Source: Chiloscyllium plagiosum
Taxonomy: Eukaryota
DNA: 64,000 nt
Reading direction: 5' to 3'
NCBI RefSeq assembly: GCF_004010195.1
Contig: NC_057718.1
Span: 82,338,458 to 82,402,457, forward strand
The stretch's first letter is position 1, and every line of letters begins with the position of its first letter. The notes beneath the pieces are model-generated. The model worked only from the letters and a program-made list of their open reading frames with translations. It was not told the origin of the DNA and did no database searches. Both the position numbers and the translations under genes were made by a program. Shown one piece after another: positions 49,804 through 63,040 of the stretch.

Positions 49804-52800
49804 AAAAATGTTGTTTCTCAGAGTTGCATAGACTGAGCTTATTGCAAGAATCACCAAAGACTGCTGGCATCTGATTGGCTGGCAGTTTCTGGCAGGGAAA
49901 GACTTCAGTGTGGGGTTCAGTGATACACCAAGAGGTCCCAACCACTGGTCAACTCTGAGTGTCTGACCGGTGCTTGATCCAATGGGATTTCTCACTGGTT
50001 GGGGTAATGTATTAGTCACCCCTGAAGGTGCTCACCATTATACCCAGAGCTGAGAACGCTAAATCAGCCATTACTTATTTTCAGTACATTCTCACAACAT
50101 TGCTACATGAGCACCCCTCCCCCTTTGTCTGTTAAGGATAAATTCCTTTGCAACATCAGATTTGAATTTTCAAGAAAAGAATCTGTAACTGGGAGGTTTT
50201 GACAATAGTGATCTTTGCTCATTTTGAAAAGCTACTTAAATAGTCAAGAGACCAGACTGCTGAATCCTGTAACAGGATGTGTATTTTCCCAATGCCAATG
50301 GGTTTATTCTTTAGCAACCGTTAATGAGCAGTATGTTTAACTCTGTTACTAACATAATTCTGACAGGGAATGTTCTTGTCCATTTATAGATGGAAATATC
50401 AGTACAGTTAGGCACAAACTTTAAGTGTTTTCATTTTGAATGCACTGCTCTGAATTACAGGAAATCTTTCTCCCAGACAGACTGGGAGTGCCCTTAAAAG
50501 TTTTTGACCTTAAATAATACTAACGTGAAAATTTGTTTCTTTGCTTTGATGCCTAAGTACATGTCAGACTAATTCTAGCTTCTGATTCTACATTTCTGAT
50601 TATGATTTCATTTACTGTTAAGCTCACAGTAAGGTAGGTTTGTTGGTGATGGGAGGGCTTATGCTGAATTTTTTCATTCGATGTCAGTATTGAACACCCT
50701 GGATTAGGACCAGTACAGGACAGATGTAGAGCTCAAAGCTCTCTTTGTGAAGTACAAACAAGGTGCTAACACGCTCATGTCAGTTGAATACCCCTGAACC
50801 TGCAATTTGCCCTGAATAAATGGTCCATTTTTATTATGTGTTATTGTAGGAATTTGATCAACCTTGCCTAAGACTCTGGCAGCTAACATCAACAATAAAG
50901 AAACTTGCATTTATTTAGTGCCCTTCACATAATTAATTAGCTCAAGGAATTTCACAACAGCGTTCTTCAGCTATCTGCCTGAAGGCGGATACAACCACAC
51001 CACAATGATGTTAACCACAGGAAAATGAGGAGGCAGGACCCAAACAGGGATCAGAACTCCTGTCAGCCATGTTAGGAGCCCTGTTTTGTTGGCATCAATC
51101 TAATCAACAGTAGTCATAATACAACCAAATCTATCCCAAGGAATGTTCTGGAAACATGTACTTTAATGCGATCTGGAGCCACGGTAGAAGCTCCAACGAT
51201 TGACTAGGAATCTCTCCTACTCCTAACGCCTACCATTGTGTGTGTGTGTGAGTCAGATTTACAGGTCAATACTCAACCTGTTTGATCACATGGTAAACAC
51301 ACCTTTCTTGGCCACAAAGTCCTGAGTAGAACCTGAGGTGTCTGCTTCAGTGCCACGCGACCACTTTGCCAGAGCCATGTAAGCGCTTGCTAAGACAGAC
51401 TGTTCCGATGTTGGTGAAATTCATCCATTTTCAGTGAGTGAAGTTCCAGCCCGCTGTCCATTTTCTGGAGTTCTCAGGTCAAACATTGATGAGAAGTCTG
51501 CTAGCGTAACAAAGGGATGCCTGATGCCAACCTGACAGAAGAAAAGCACAACACATATGCAGCCAGGAGTGAGACAGGGTTACCCCAGCCTTGCCTAGGA
51601 TCTCAGTAATAGAATCAGAACAGTAAAAATGAGGAATTAAAAACAATAAAAAGCACTGTTGCACAAAACAATCTTTTAAAGAAGTTTTTAGGGAAATTTT
51701 GTATCCTCATTCATTTTGGACATTTTGGGAATTAATGTGTTTCTAATGAAATACAGTAGCCTACAGAATATAAAAAAATAGTTAAGTTAATGCTTTGGAA
51801 ACTTCCACCTGACAGCAAATTTTCAGAGTTCAATGAATGCCTCCTGATTGCCCCCAACTATGACAGACTGCTGTTTAGCTGGAGTGGGAGTTCTAACTGA
51901 CTTGGGACTGAAGTTAGTTTTGTTGAGTTCCCAGTGGATGTGTATGCACAACGTTGAACTATTTCTTATCTCCAACTCAAGTTCTCATTGGTGAAATATT
52001 CTGTTCCTAACCCTATCTCCATGACTACAGCTGTGTTGAATCCCTTTGTTTTTATTTGCATCCTGAAAATTGTCACAAAGATGACAATGTTTTGGACTTT
52101 GAATGTTCTCTACTTTGAACATGTCAGCAATCTAATGATGTAGGGTCGGCACAATATTCCCTCTGATTTCTGAGTTATTTTTAAAATACCTTAAAATCAT
52201 ACACACTTAACTGCAAGGGAAGAGCAATTTCCTTCAGTTTATATGGAGCCAACTGTGACTCATATCCAGTACAATGCTAATAACCCGTCCGAGTAATACA
52301 CAAACAACTTTCGTTGATTAAAATGTTCTAACAGCATCCATATTTGGTATTAACAAAATGATTATCATTCCACTGACTGATTAGCACAGTAAAGTTCATG
52401 TTTTGATCCTTGGATTACAGAGTTCACTGTAGAACTCACTGTAATCCCAAGCTCCAAAAGGCGAGTTCACTTCATATCAATGGAAGTTATTGTGATCACA
52501 TATTTTTGAAGATTTAAGCCTGATTCAGTGCAGTTTATCCACCAAAAGAATGAGATAGGAGGAATGAGAAAAATTCATTCCATTAAAACCCTCACCTATG
52601 CTTGTGTTGCTTCCACATTCAACTGTTCTGTGCTCTCATGGTTGACTCCTATCTTTGGCTCTCAAACCTGAGGTTATGTTAAACACCACTGTCCATTCCT
52701 CTCCAACACTTAAATTGTAAGTCCTGCTTACAATTTCTATATTGGCTCCTGACACCAATACATCATATTTAAATTTCTTTGCAGAACTTGTGTACTACAA

Positions 52801-55800
52801 GTTCCTAAATGCAATTTGTAATTTAACTAAAAGCCTTTTTGAAACTTGATTGGAAGGATATAGCTATCCAAATGGCCTGCCCTTGACCAGAATCCTACTT
52901 TTTTTCTTTTTAAGTGTGAACCAAACTCCTTTTGAAAGGTATAGTTGAATTTATTTTTTTCAGCTGTGCATTTCAGATCGTGGCCACTTGCTTTGTGAAA
53001 TATTGTTTAACTACCCTCTTTTTTGCCATTTACCTTAAATCTATGTCCTCTTATTAAGGACTGCACCCAGGAAAACTTAACAGCGAAATTCACAACTGAA
53101 CTTGGAGGAACCTGTTTGGGAGAGGTTACAGCACAGAAACAGATGAGTGTGCAATTTTAAGTGTAGCCTTGCTGTAAATCTACAATAGTGAGTAGAGTTG
53201 GTTCTTTCTTGATTATATGTTTCATTGAGATCTATCTCTTGATTAAATTTCAAAAATATAAGCCATAAGTATTAAGTTAGTCTGGAGCAATTTGTAGAGT
53301 ATTAAGACAGTGCTAATTTCTGGATCTGTAGATTGGAAGGAGCAAAATTGGCCTAGAATAGAGTGATATGCTCTTCTTGTCAGATGTGGGAGTTTCGAGA
53401 GACTTTACATTTTACTGAGGATTATATCCGCAATAAATGTCGTTGGTTGCGAATCCTATCAAAACGAATGGATCTGTTAGAGGAGCGACAGTTAGAGGCA
53501 ATGAGGAGTTTACAAAGGTAGAGGGTATGATGGATGGCAGTTATAGGAAGGGAGAAAAGCTGCAGATACAGTCACATAGATGGGTTAACTCCAGGATAGG
53601 TAAGAGAGGTAGGCAGGTGCTGCAGAGTCTTCTGTGGCTATCCCCATTTTAAACAAGTATGTTGTTTTGAAAAATGTAGGGAGAAGATGGATTATCAGGG
53701 GAATGAAACACATAAAGCCAAGTTTCTGATTTTGAGACTGTTTCTCACGTAATGAGGGGTACGTTGGATTACAAGTGATTGACTGTGATAGGGGACTCAC
53801 TCTAGACCGAGGCACGGACAGACGTTTCTGCAGCCAGCAGCGAAAAATCAGAATGGTGTGTTGCCTCCATGCTGCCAGAATCAAGGATGTCTCAGAGAGG
53901 ATGCAGGATGTTCTCAAGGGTGAGAGGAACCAGCAGGAGGTCATTGTACACATTGGAACCAATGACAGATGAAGAGAAAAGAATTAGATTCTGAAGGGAG
54001 AATATAGAGAGTTAGGTAGGAGTTTAAAAAGGAGGTCCTCGAGAGTAGTAATATCTGGATTACTCCCAGCGCTACGAGTAGTGAGGATAGGAATAGGAGG
54101 ATAGAGCAAATGAATGCATGGCTGAGGAGCTGGGGTATGGGAGAAGGATTCACATTTTTGGATCATTGGAATCTCTTCTGGGGTAGAAGTGACCTGTGCA
54201 AGAAGGACGGATTGCACCTAAATTGGAAGGGGACTAATATACCGGCAGAGATTTGCTAGAACTGCTCGGGAGGATTTAAACTAGTAAGGTAGTGGGGAGG
54301 GGGGTGGGACCCGGGGAGATAGTGAGGAAAGAGATCAATCTGAGACTGGTACAGTTGAAAACAGAAGTGAGTCAAACAGTCAGGACAGGCAGGAATGAAC
54401 CAGAGAACAAGGTAGGTCTGATAAATTAAACTGCATTAATTTCAATGCAAGGGGCCTAACATGGGAGGCAGATGAACTCAGGGCATGGTTAGGAACATGG
54501 GACTGAGATATCATAGCAATTACTGAAACATGGCTCAGGATGGACAGGACTGGCAGCTTAATGTTCCAGGATGCAAATGCTACAGGAAAGATAGAAAGGG
54601 AGGCAAGAGAGGAGGGGGAGTGGTGTTTTTGATAAGGGATAGCATTACAGCTGTACTGAGGGAGGATATTCCCGGAAATACACCCAGGGAAGTTATTTGG
54701 GTGGAACTGAGGAATAAGAAAGGGATGATCACCTTATTGGGATTGTATTATGGACCCCCTAATAGTCAGAGGGAAATTGAGAAACAAATGTGTAAAGAGA
54801 TTTCAGTTATCTGTAAGAATGATAGGGTGGTTACAATAGGGGATTTTAATGTTCCAAACATAGACTGGGACTGCCATAGTGTTAAGGGTTTAGATGGAGA
54901 AAAATTTGTTAAGTGTGTATAAAAATATTTTCTGATTCAGTATGTGAATATACCTACTAGAGAAAGTGCAAAACCTGACCTACTCTTGGGAAATAAGGCA
55001 GGGCAGGTGACTGAGGTGTCAGTGGGGGAGCACTTTGGGGCCAGCGACCATAAATCTATTAGTTTTAAAATATGATTTGGAGATGCCAGAGAAAGTATAT
55101 TCCTGTTAGGGTGAAAGGAATGGCTGGTAGGTATAGGGAATGCTGGATGACTAAAGAAATTGAGGGTTTGGTTAAGAAAAAGAAGGAAGCACATGTCAGT
55201 ATAGACAGGATAGATCAAGTGAATCCTTAGAAGAGGCTTTATGTGTTTCATTCCCCTGATAATCCATCTTCCCCCTACATTTTTCAAAACAACATACTTG
55301 TTTAAAATGGGGATAGCCACAGAAGACTCTGCAGCACCTGCCTACCTCTCTTACCTATCCTGGAGTTAACCCATCTATGTAAAGGCATTAGGAGTATACT
55401 TAAGATGGAAATCAGGAGGGCAAAAAGGGGACATGAGATAGCTTTGGCAAATAGGGATACAGAGAATCCAAAGGGTTTTTAGAAATACATTAAGGACAAT
55501 AGGATAACTAGGGAGAGAATAGGGCCCCTCAAAGATCAGCAAGGCGATCTTTGTGTGGAACCGCAGGAGATGGGGGAGATACTAAGCTAGTATTTTGCAT
55601 CAGTTTTTACTGTGGAGAAGGACATGGAAGATACAGAATGTGGGAAACAGATGGTGACATCTTGAAAAATGTCCATATTACAGAGCAGGAAGTGCTGGAT
55701 GTCTTGAAATGCATAAAAGTGGATAAATCCCCAGGATCTGATCAGGTGTACCCTAGAATTCTGTGGGAAGCTAGGGAAGTGATTGCTGGGCCTCTTGCTG

Positions 55801-56201
55801 AGATAATTGTATCATCGATAGTCACAGGTGAGATGCCGGAAGACTGTAGGTTGCTGCCACTCTTTAAGAAAGGTAATAAGGACAAACCAGGGGACTATAG
55901 ACCAGTGAGCCTGATGTTGGTGGTGGGTAAGTTATTGGAGGGACTCCTGAGGGACAGGATGTACATGTATTTGAAAAGGCAAGGACTGATTAGGGATAGT
56001 CAACATGGCTTTGTGTGTGGAAATCATGTCTCACAAACGTGATTGAGTTTTTTGAAGAAGTAACAAAGAGGATTGATGAAGGTAAAGTGGTAGATGTGAT
56101 CTATGTGAACTTCAGTAAGGCATTCGACAAAGTCCATGGGACACTGGTTAGCAAGGTTAGATCTCATGGAATACAGGGAGAACTCGCCATTTGGATACAG
56201 A

Positions 56202-57756
56202 GTTGTGAGTGTGGTGCTGGAAAAACACAGCAGTTCAGGCAACATCTGAGGAGCAGAAGCGTCGACACTTCGGGCAAAAGTCCTTCATCAGGAATGAGGC
56301 TGTGAGCCAAGGGGGTGGTTAGATAAATGGGAGGAGGGTGGGGCTGGGGGAAAGGTAGCAGAGAGTGTGATAGGTAGGTGAGGGTAGGGGTGAAGGTGAT
56401 AGGATGGTGAGGAGACTGAAGCAGATAGGTGAGAAAGAAGATGGACAGGTAGGACAAGTCATGAGGGCAGTGCCTTCCAAACACATGGGAGGGGAAATTG
56501 TGGTCTTTAAAGAAGGAGGCCATCTGGTGTTTTCTGTGGTGGAACTGGTCCTCCTGGGAGCAGATGAGGCAGAGGCAGAGGAATTGGGAATAAGGGATAA
56601 GGACGACCGGTTCCTTGTTCCCAGGACGACCAGTTCTACCACAGCCTCCACCTCCATTGCATCTGCTCCCAGGACGACCAGTTCCACCACAGATCACACC
56701 AGATGGCCTCCTTCTTTAAAGACTGCAAATTCCCTTCCCAAGTGGTTGATGATGCCCTCCTGCGCATCTCATCCATTTCCCACACCTATGCCCTCAGACC
56801 CCACTCCCTCCAACTGCAACAAGGACAAAACCCCCCTGGTCGTCACCTTCCATCCCATCTATCTCTGTATACATCGCATCATGCTCCGCCATTTCCGCCA
56901 CCTACAAACAGATCCCACCACCAGAGATATATTTTCCTCCCCACCCCATCCACTTTCTGCAAAGACCATTCCCCCTGCGACTCCCTTGTCAGGTCCATGC
57001 ACCCCCCCAAACCAGCCTCCCCTACTGGCACTTTCCTCTGCCACCACAGGAATTGCAAAACCTGTGCCCTCACCTTGCCCCTCACCTCTGTCCAAGGCCC
57101 CAAAATGCCTTCCACATCCACCAGGGTTTCACCTGCACTTCCACGCATGTCATTTATTGTATCCATTGCTCCCGATGCAGTCTCCTCTACACTGAGGAGA
57201 CTGGACGCCTACTCGCAGAGCACTTCAGAGAACATCTCAGGGACACCTGCACCAATCAACCCCACTGCCCCTTGGCTAAACACTTCAACTCCCCCTCCCA
57301 CTCTGCCGAGGACATGCAGGTCCTGGGCCTGCTCCATCGCCACTCCCTAACCACCTGATGCCTGGAGGAAGAACATCTCATCTTCCGCCTTTGGACCCTC
57401 CAATCCCAGCATCAATGTGGATTTCACCAGTTTTTTCATTTCCCCTCCCCCTTATCCCCGATCCAACCTTCCAACTTGGTAGCCCCCCATGACATGTCCT
57501 ACCTGTCCATTTTCCTTCTCACCTATCCGCTCCACCCTCCTCTCTGACCTATTACCATTACCCACCCTCCATCTACCTATCGCATTCCCAGCTACCTCAT
57601 CCCCCCCAGCCCCACCCTACTCCCATTTATCTCACCATCCCACGGCTCACAGCCTCATTCCTGATGAAGGGCTTTTGCCTGAAACATTGATTCTCCTGCT
57701 CCTCGGATGCTGCCTGACCTGCTGTGCTTTTCCAGCATCTGCAGTCCTCATTTTCA
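56202..57756 (+). mobile_element. Penelope-like element with inverted termini and a 15-bp TSD, inserted in the CR1 RT
   Basis: ccatttggatacaga at 56187-56201 and 57757-57771. GIY-YIG VIYCIHCSRCSLLYTEETGRLLAEHFREH. 56202-56475 is an inverted copy of the 3' end. Confidence 0.93.
57657..57692 (+). ncRNA. Minimal hammerhead ribozyme motif in the PLE 3' terminal repeat
   Basis: attc-CTGATGA-A-GGGC-tttt-GCCT-GAAA-CATT-gatt. Directly downstream of the GIY-YIG region on the same strand. Confidence 0.7.
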
Positions 57757-59149
57757 CCATTTGGATACAGAACTGGTTCAAAGGTAGAAGACAGAGGGTG
57801 GAGGGATGCTTTTCAGATTGGAGGCCTGTGACCAGTGGAGTACCACAAGGATTGGTGTTGAGTCAACTACTTTTCGTCATTTATAAAAATGATTTGGATG
57901 TGAACATAGGAGGTACAGTTAGTAAGTTTGCAGATGACACCAGAAATGGAGGTGTAGTGGACAGCGAAGTAGGTTAACTCAGATTACAATGAGATCTTGA
58001 TCAGATGGACCACTGGGCTGAGGAGTGGCAGATGGAGTTTAATTTAGATAAATGTGAGGTGCTGTATTTTGGGAAAGTCAGTTTAGCAGGACTTATACAC
58101 TTAATGGTAAGGTCCTAGGGAGTGAATAAAGGGACCTTGGAGTGCAGGTTCATAGGTCCTTGAAAGTAGAGTCGCAGGTAGATAGGATAGTGAAGAAGGC
58201 GTTTGGTATGCTTTCCTTTATTAGTCAGAGTATTGAGTATAGGTCTTGGGAGGTCACATTGCAGCTGTAGAGGAGATTGGTTAGGTCACTTTTGGAATAT
58301 TGCGTGCAATTCTGGTCTCCTTCCTATTGGAAGGATGTTGTGAAACTTAAAAGGACGTTCAGAAAAGATTTACAAGGATGTTGCCAAGGTTGGAGGATTT
58401 GAGCTATAGGGAGAGGCTGAATAAGCTGGGACTGTTTTCTCTGAAGCATCAGAGGCTAAGGGATGACCTTATAGAGGTTTATAAAATCATGAGGAGCATG
58501 GATTGGATAAATAGACAAAGTGTTTTCCCTGGTGTCGGGGAGTCCAGAACTAGAGAGCATAGGTTTAAGATGAGAGGGGAAAGATATAAAAGAGACCTAA
58601 GGGGTAACTTTTTCATATAGGGGCTGGTATGTGTATGGAATGAGCTTCCAGAGGAAGTGGTGGAGATTGGTACAATTGCGACTTTTAAAAAGCATCTAAA
58701 TGGGTATATGCATAGGAAGTGTTTAGAGGGATATGGACCAAGTGCTGGCAAATGGGACTTGATTAGGTTGGAATACCTGGTTGGTATGGATGAGTTGGAC
58801 TGAAGGCTCTGTTTCCGTGCTGTACATCTCTGTGACTCTACCAACTTCCCCGTTTGTGGAAACAACGTTTGCTTATCTATTCTATCAAATACCCTCAAAT
58901 TTTCTCCTAAATCTCTCTTTCATGTACTCTTCTGAGGAGAGTATTGCCATATGCTAGATTTCATTGCTTCATTATCACAATGCATATTTTTATTGTTCAC
59001 TTTTATGGCTTGAAGTCATTTTGTGTTGTCACTGTGCCAGTGGCTAGGAAGAGCTGTATTCCCCATTTGTGGAGAACATTTTCCATCATGTTAGGCTTTC
59101 GCTGACTTTGGATAAAACAAATTGTCAGTATAAAAAGTAACAAAGGAGG

Positions 59150-61215
59150 GAAAAATTAGATTATGAAAGAAAGCTGGCTGGAAATATAAAAACAACTGGT
59201 AAGAACTTGCATAAATATTTTAAAAAGAATTAACACAGTGAGTTTTGGACTCATAGCAATTGCATCTAGCAATTAATAATGGAAAATGAAAAGAGGCAGA
59301 TAATTTGTATAAGTATTCAGTACAGAAGCTATTTCTGAAACATTCAGAAAAAACTGTAAATCAGAAATGAAAGGAAGGGGGGAAATTTAGGAAATTAGAA
59401 TCACTGGGAAAATGGTACCAAGGAAGTTGTTGGAGCTTCAGCTTGACAAGTTCTTGTCTGTTAGATCTTACATGTTTTAAAAGAAGTGAGTGGTGAGTTA
59501 ATTGATGCCTTTCTAAAATTCCCTGGATTCTGGAAAGATTCTACTCAATCGATGGCTAGCAAATGTAACTCCTTTATTCAAAAAGGAAGAAAGACCAAAA
59601 GCTGGAATCAATTAGCTTAACATTTGTCAGAGGGAAAGTGTTTGTTGTTATGAAAGTTGCTACTGCAGGGCACTTAAAAAAAACACAAAGAAATCAGGCT
59701 GTAAACATGGTTTTGTATAAGGGAAGCCATTGCCTTGTTTAACCAACATATCGGAGTTTTTTGAAGTAGTAACATGGGTTGTGATAAAGACGAACTGATG
59801 GGTGTACTATACTTCGATTTCCAAAATGCATTTGATAATGTATTAAGTTGCAAAACATGAAGGCTCATGGTGTAGCAGATCACATATTTGCATGGATACC
59901 TAAAAGGACACAGGCAAGAAGCATAAAAGGGTCATTTTCTTCATGTCTGATCAAGAGTCATCTAGATTTGAAACATTTGCTTGCTCTCTGTCCACAGATG
60001 CTGCCTGACCTGCTATGATTTCCAGCCTTTTTTGTTTTCAGGTCATTTTAGAATGGATTAGATTAGATTAGATTTCCTACAGTGTGGAAACAGGCCCTTT
60101 GGCCCAACCAGTCCACACCGACCCTCTGAAGAATAACCCACCCAGACCCATTTCCTAATGCACCTAACACAATGGTCAATTTAACATGGCAAACTCATCT
60201 GCAAATCATTGGATTCTTGTTAGGTGAGCCATGGGTATCAGTGCTGAAACCTCAACTTCTAAATTACTTCTTAGGTGAAACTACCAAAGGTATTATGACT
60301 AACATTTCTGATGACACAAAGGGAAATAAGAAGTAAGTTATGAAGAGAAGGCAAGGAAGCTACTAAAAGATAAAGTCAAGTTCAGTGAGTGGCGAAAAAT
60401 CTGGCAAATTGAGTTCAATGCGCAGAAACATAAAACTGTCCATTTTAGCAGTAACAACGTAGAAAAAAGCAAATTATCTCAATGTTAAGAGATTGCAAAG
60501 CTCTGAGATGCAGAGCAATCTGGGTGGTCTAGTGCATGAATCACAAAAGGCTAATTTGCAAGAACAGCAAGTAATCTTTTGTTTAAAAGAGTAGAATCAT
60601 TGTTTATTGTGAAGGGAATTGAATGCAAAAGTAGAGAGGTTATGCTTCAATTGCACAGAACATTGGTGAGACTGTGTCTGGATTACTGTGTACAGTATTG
60701 GTTTCCCTAGTTAATGAAAGATGAAAAATAAACTGGAAGCATTTCAGAGAAAGCTAACTAAATTAACAACCAAAATGGGTGACTTGTCTTGTGAGGAAAG
60801 GGTGGACAGTCTGGACTTGTATCTGTTGGTACTTGGTAGAGTAAGATTCAGAAGACTTCAATGAAATACACAAGGTGCTGAGGGGTCTTGGCAGAGAATG
60901 TATTTCCCCTTGTGAGAAAATCTAGAGCCGGGGGTCACCATTTTTAAAAAAAAGGGTCAGTTCTTTAAGATGGAGATGAGGCTTTTTTTTTTCTCTGAGG
61001 GTCATAAAACCTTAGGAACTCTATTCCCCAAAACGTGATTGAAAAAGAATCTTTGAATATTTTTAAGGCAAAGATAAATATGCTCTTAGTAAGCAAAGGT
61101 GTGAAAGGTTGTCAGGGGTAGGTGGGATTGTGGAAATCATCAGCCATGACCTTATTAAATGGCTGAGCAGCCTCAAGGGATCAAATGGATTACTCATGTT
61201 CCTAACTTATTTGTT
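59150..61215 (+). mobile_element. Old CR1 ORF2 fragment containing a PLE repeat (~59941-60040) and a SINE 3' part (~60056-60205)
   Basis: WLANVTPLFKKG, FDFQNAFD, SDDTK and LDYCVQYW remnants; ctgatcaagagtcatctagatttgaaacatt; gattagattagatt tail. Confidence 0.75.
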
Positions 61216-61459
61216 CAATTCATTCAAATTTGGTCACCTTCAAATCATTTTTAGCCTTTATTTCACATCCTGCAAGCTAAGTGTAATTTTTCATTAGCTT
61301 GTCGTCAGTGTTTTCATTCCTAGAGTACTTTGCCTTCTGGGATCCTGCTTTGTATCAGAGCACACTGATGGTGTCAGGCTTGCATGTTAACTGAGTTGTG
61401 GAGACTCAATACACTCTATTGTGAATGTGGACCCACAGAATAAACAACAAAACTGGTAG

Positions 61460-62530
61460 CTATCAGTACTCTCACTGCATCTTGACAGGGTGCTTGGTGT
61501 AGGGCATCAAGCTGTGCATAGACCAAGTGTCACTACATAATCCCTGGTGTTGCGAAGGATGGGACTGGCCTTGTTGCTGCAGAATGCTCCAGGTAGTTGG
61601 ACAGTTCTGTATCATCTGTCTTTCATGGAGAAACCTGCAAAGAAAAACACCTCTCACCACCCGTCCATCAGGAAGTGGTCAGCACATAGCATCCTTGACA
61701 CCCTGCAGGGAAAATGAAAGGGTGGATCCAGTCGGGTTTTTTCCTGTTCAAATGGTCAAAGTCATTTGACAGAATGCCTAATCACCACAACTTTCTAACA
61801 AGCAACAAGACATCGCTTGACTGGTGGTCAGTATGGCACCATCTGTGAGATCCTTCATCCATGTAGTCAGTCTGTGCCACCTCACATTGCCCTCGAAGTA
61901 ACTGCAGGGTGGTTGAGACTCTTACACGTCTCTTGCTAGAATGTGCCTTTTTAAAAGATGTCTGGAGAGAAATGATTTTTGTGGCGGTTTGTCCCGAGCA
62001 GTTCCATGATGTGGAACTCTGAGCTCAACAGTCTGTTCCCCTGGACAAACTCTGAGACAAACATCAACTGCGCCTGTAGGACCATCAACTCAGTGAATCT
62101 GCCCAAAACTTGTTGGTCTTCCAGAACAAGAAGTTCACCTCGAACGAGTATGGCAGACTGGCACATTCCAAGATCCGGGACGACGTGCTGAGGGACGCAC
62201 TGAAGCTTGGGGCAGCTGACAGCAAAGCTCAGTGGGGAAAGACTGCTGTCTGACAGCTTCCTGCCGAAGGTAGGTGGGGATCCATTCAGTTATCAGACTC
62301 CCCAATATCTCAATGTGTATAAATATAATCTTGTAAATATGCCTCAATGTATGTAAATATAACCTTGTATGCGTAAGAGATGCTTTAGGTTTGTTGGGAT
62401 AGAGTCAAACTCAAATGGTTGATTGTTTACTTGACATACTCCACAGACCCAACAGCATTGGTGACAATGTATATATATACAATAAGAGATTTTTTATGAA
62501 TAAAGTATATTTTGAAATTTTAATAAAATG
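61460..62530 (+). mobile_element. Tx1/L1-clade LINE 3' fragment
   Basis: Zinc-knuckle remnant CPRSNC...ETLTRLLLECAF..DVWR (~61888-61970); aataaa and an A-rich end. Confidence 0.7.
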
Positions 62531-62584
62531 CAATTGAACCAGTAGGTTTCTCATTTTCTTTCTCCATGCTCCATCAATATCATA

Positions 62585-63040
62585 GAATTATAGAATGAAA
62601 CAGCAAGGGCAGATGCAGTTATGCCCATTTTGCTTGTGCTAGCTTTTTGGTAGAGTGCCCCAGTTAGTCCCACTCCTGTTCTTGATATGTAGCCCTGTCA
62701 ATACTTGTTTCCACTCTGCGTCTGAAGTATTACGACTGAAACTGCTTTCACCACCATTTCAGGCAGCGAATTCCAGCTCACTGTAGAAACGAAAGAATGT
62801 TTCTTCATATCGTTTCTCTTCCTTTTGGCAATCACCTTACATCTGTGTCTTCCGTTTACTGCCACTGAAAATAGTGTTTTCTTATCTACTGTGTCAAAAC
62901 CATTCATTACTTTGAACACTTCTATCAAATCTCTTAATCATCACCTCTCTAAGGAGATTAACACCCAGCTTTCTCTATTTCTCCACACCTCTCATCTCCG
63001 GTACCATTCTCGGACACCTCTCCTACAGACTCTCTAAGGC
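62585..63040 (-). mobile_element. Old CR1 3' fragment
   Basis: IEVFKVMNGFD...SWNSLPEMVV motifs. Confidence 0.75.

Larger units (their letters stand above)
53060..58840 (+). mobile_element. Near full-length CR1 LINE (ORF1 zinc finger + SGNH esterase; ORF2 APE + RT), decayed
   Basis: CSSCQMWE (~53369), RGTDRRFC...VCCLHAARIKDV...IVHIGTND, NVPGCKCYRKDR, GDFNVPNIDW, YRPVSL, SCLTNVIEFFE and KFADDT motifs; tail gtgactcta. Confidence 0.93.

Noticed and set aside
56404..57195. Longest ORF in the track (263 aa)
   Set aside because: Off-frame read-through of a rearranged PLE junction, not a host gene.
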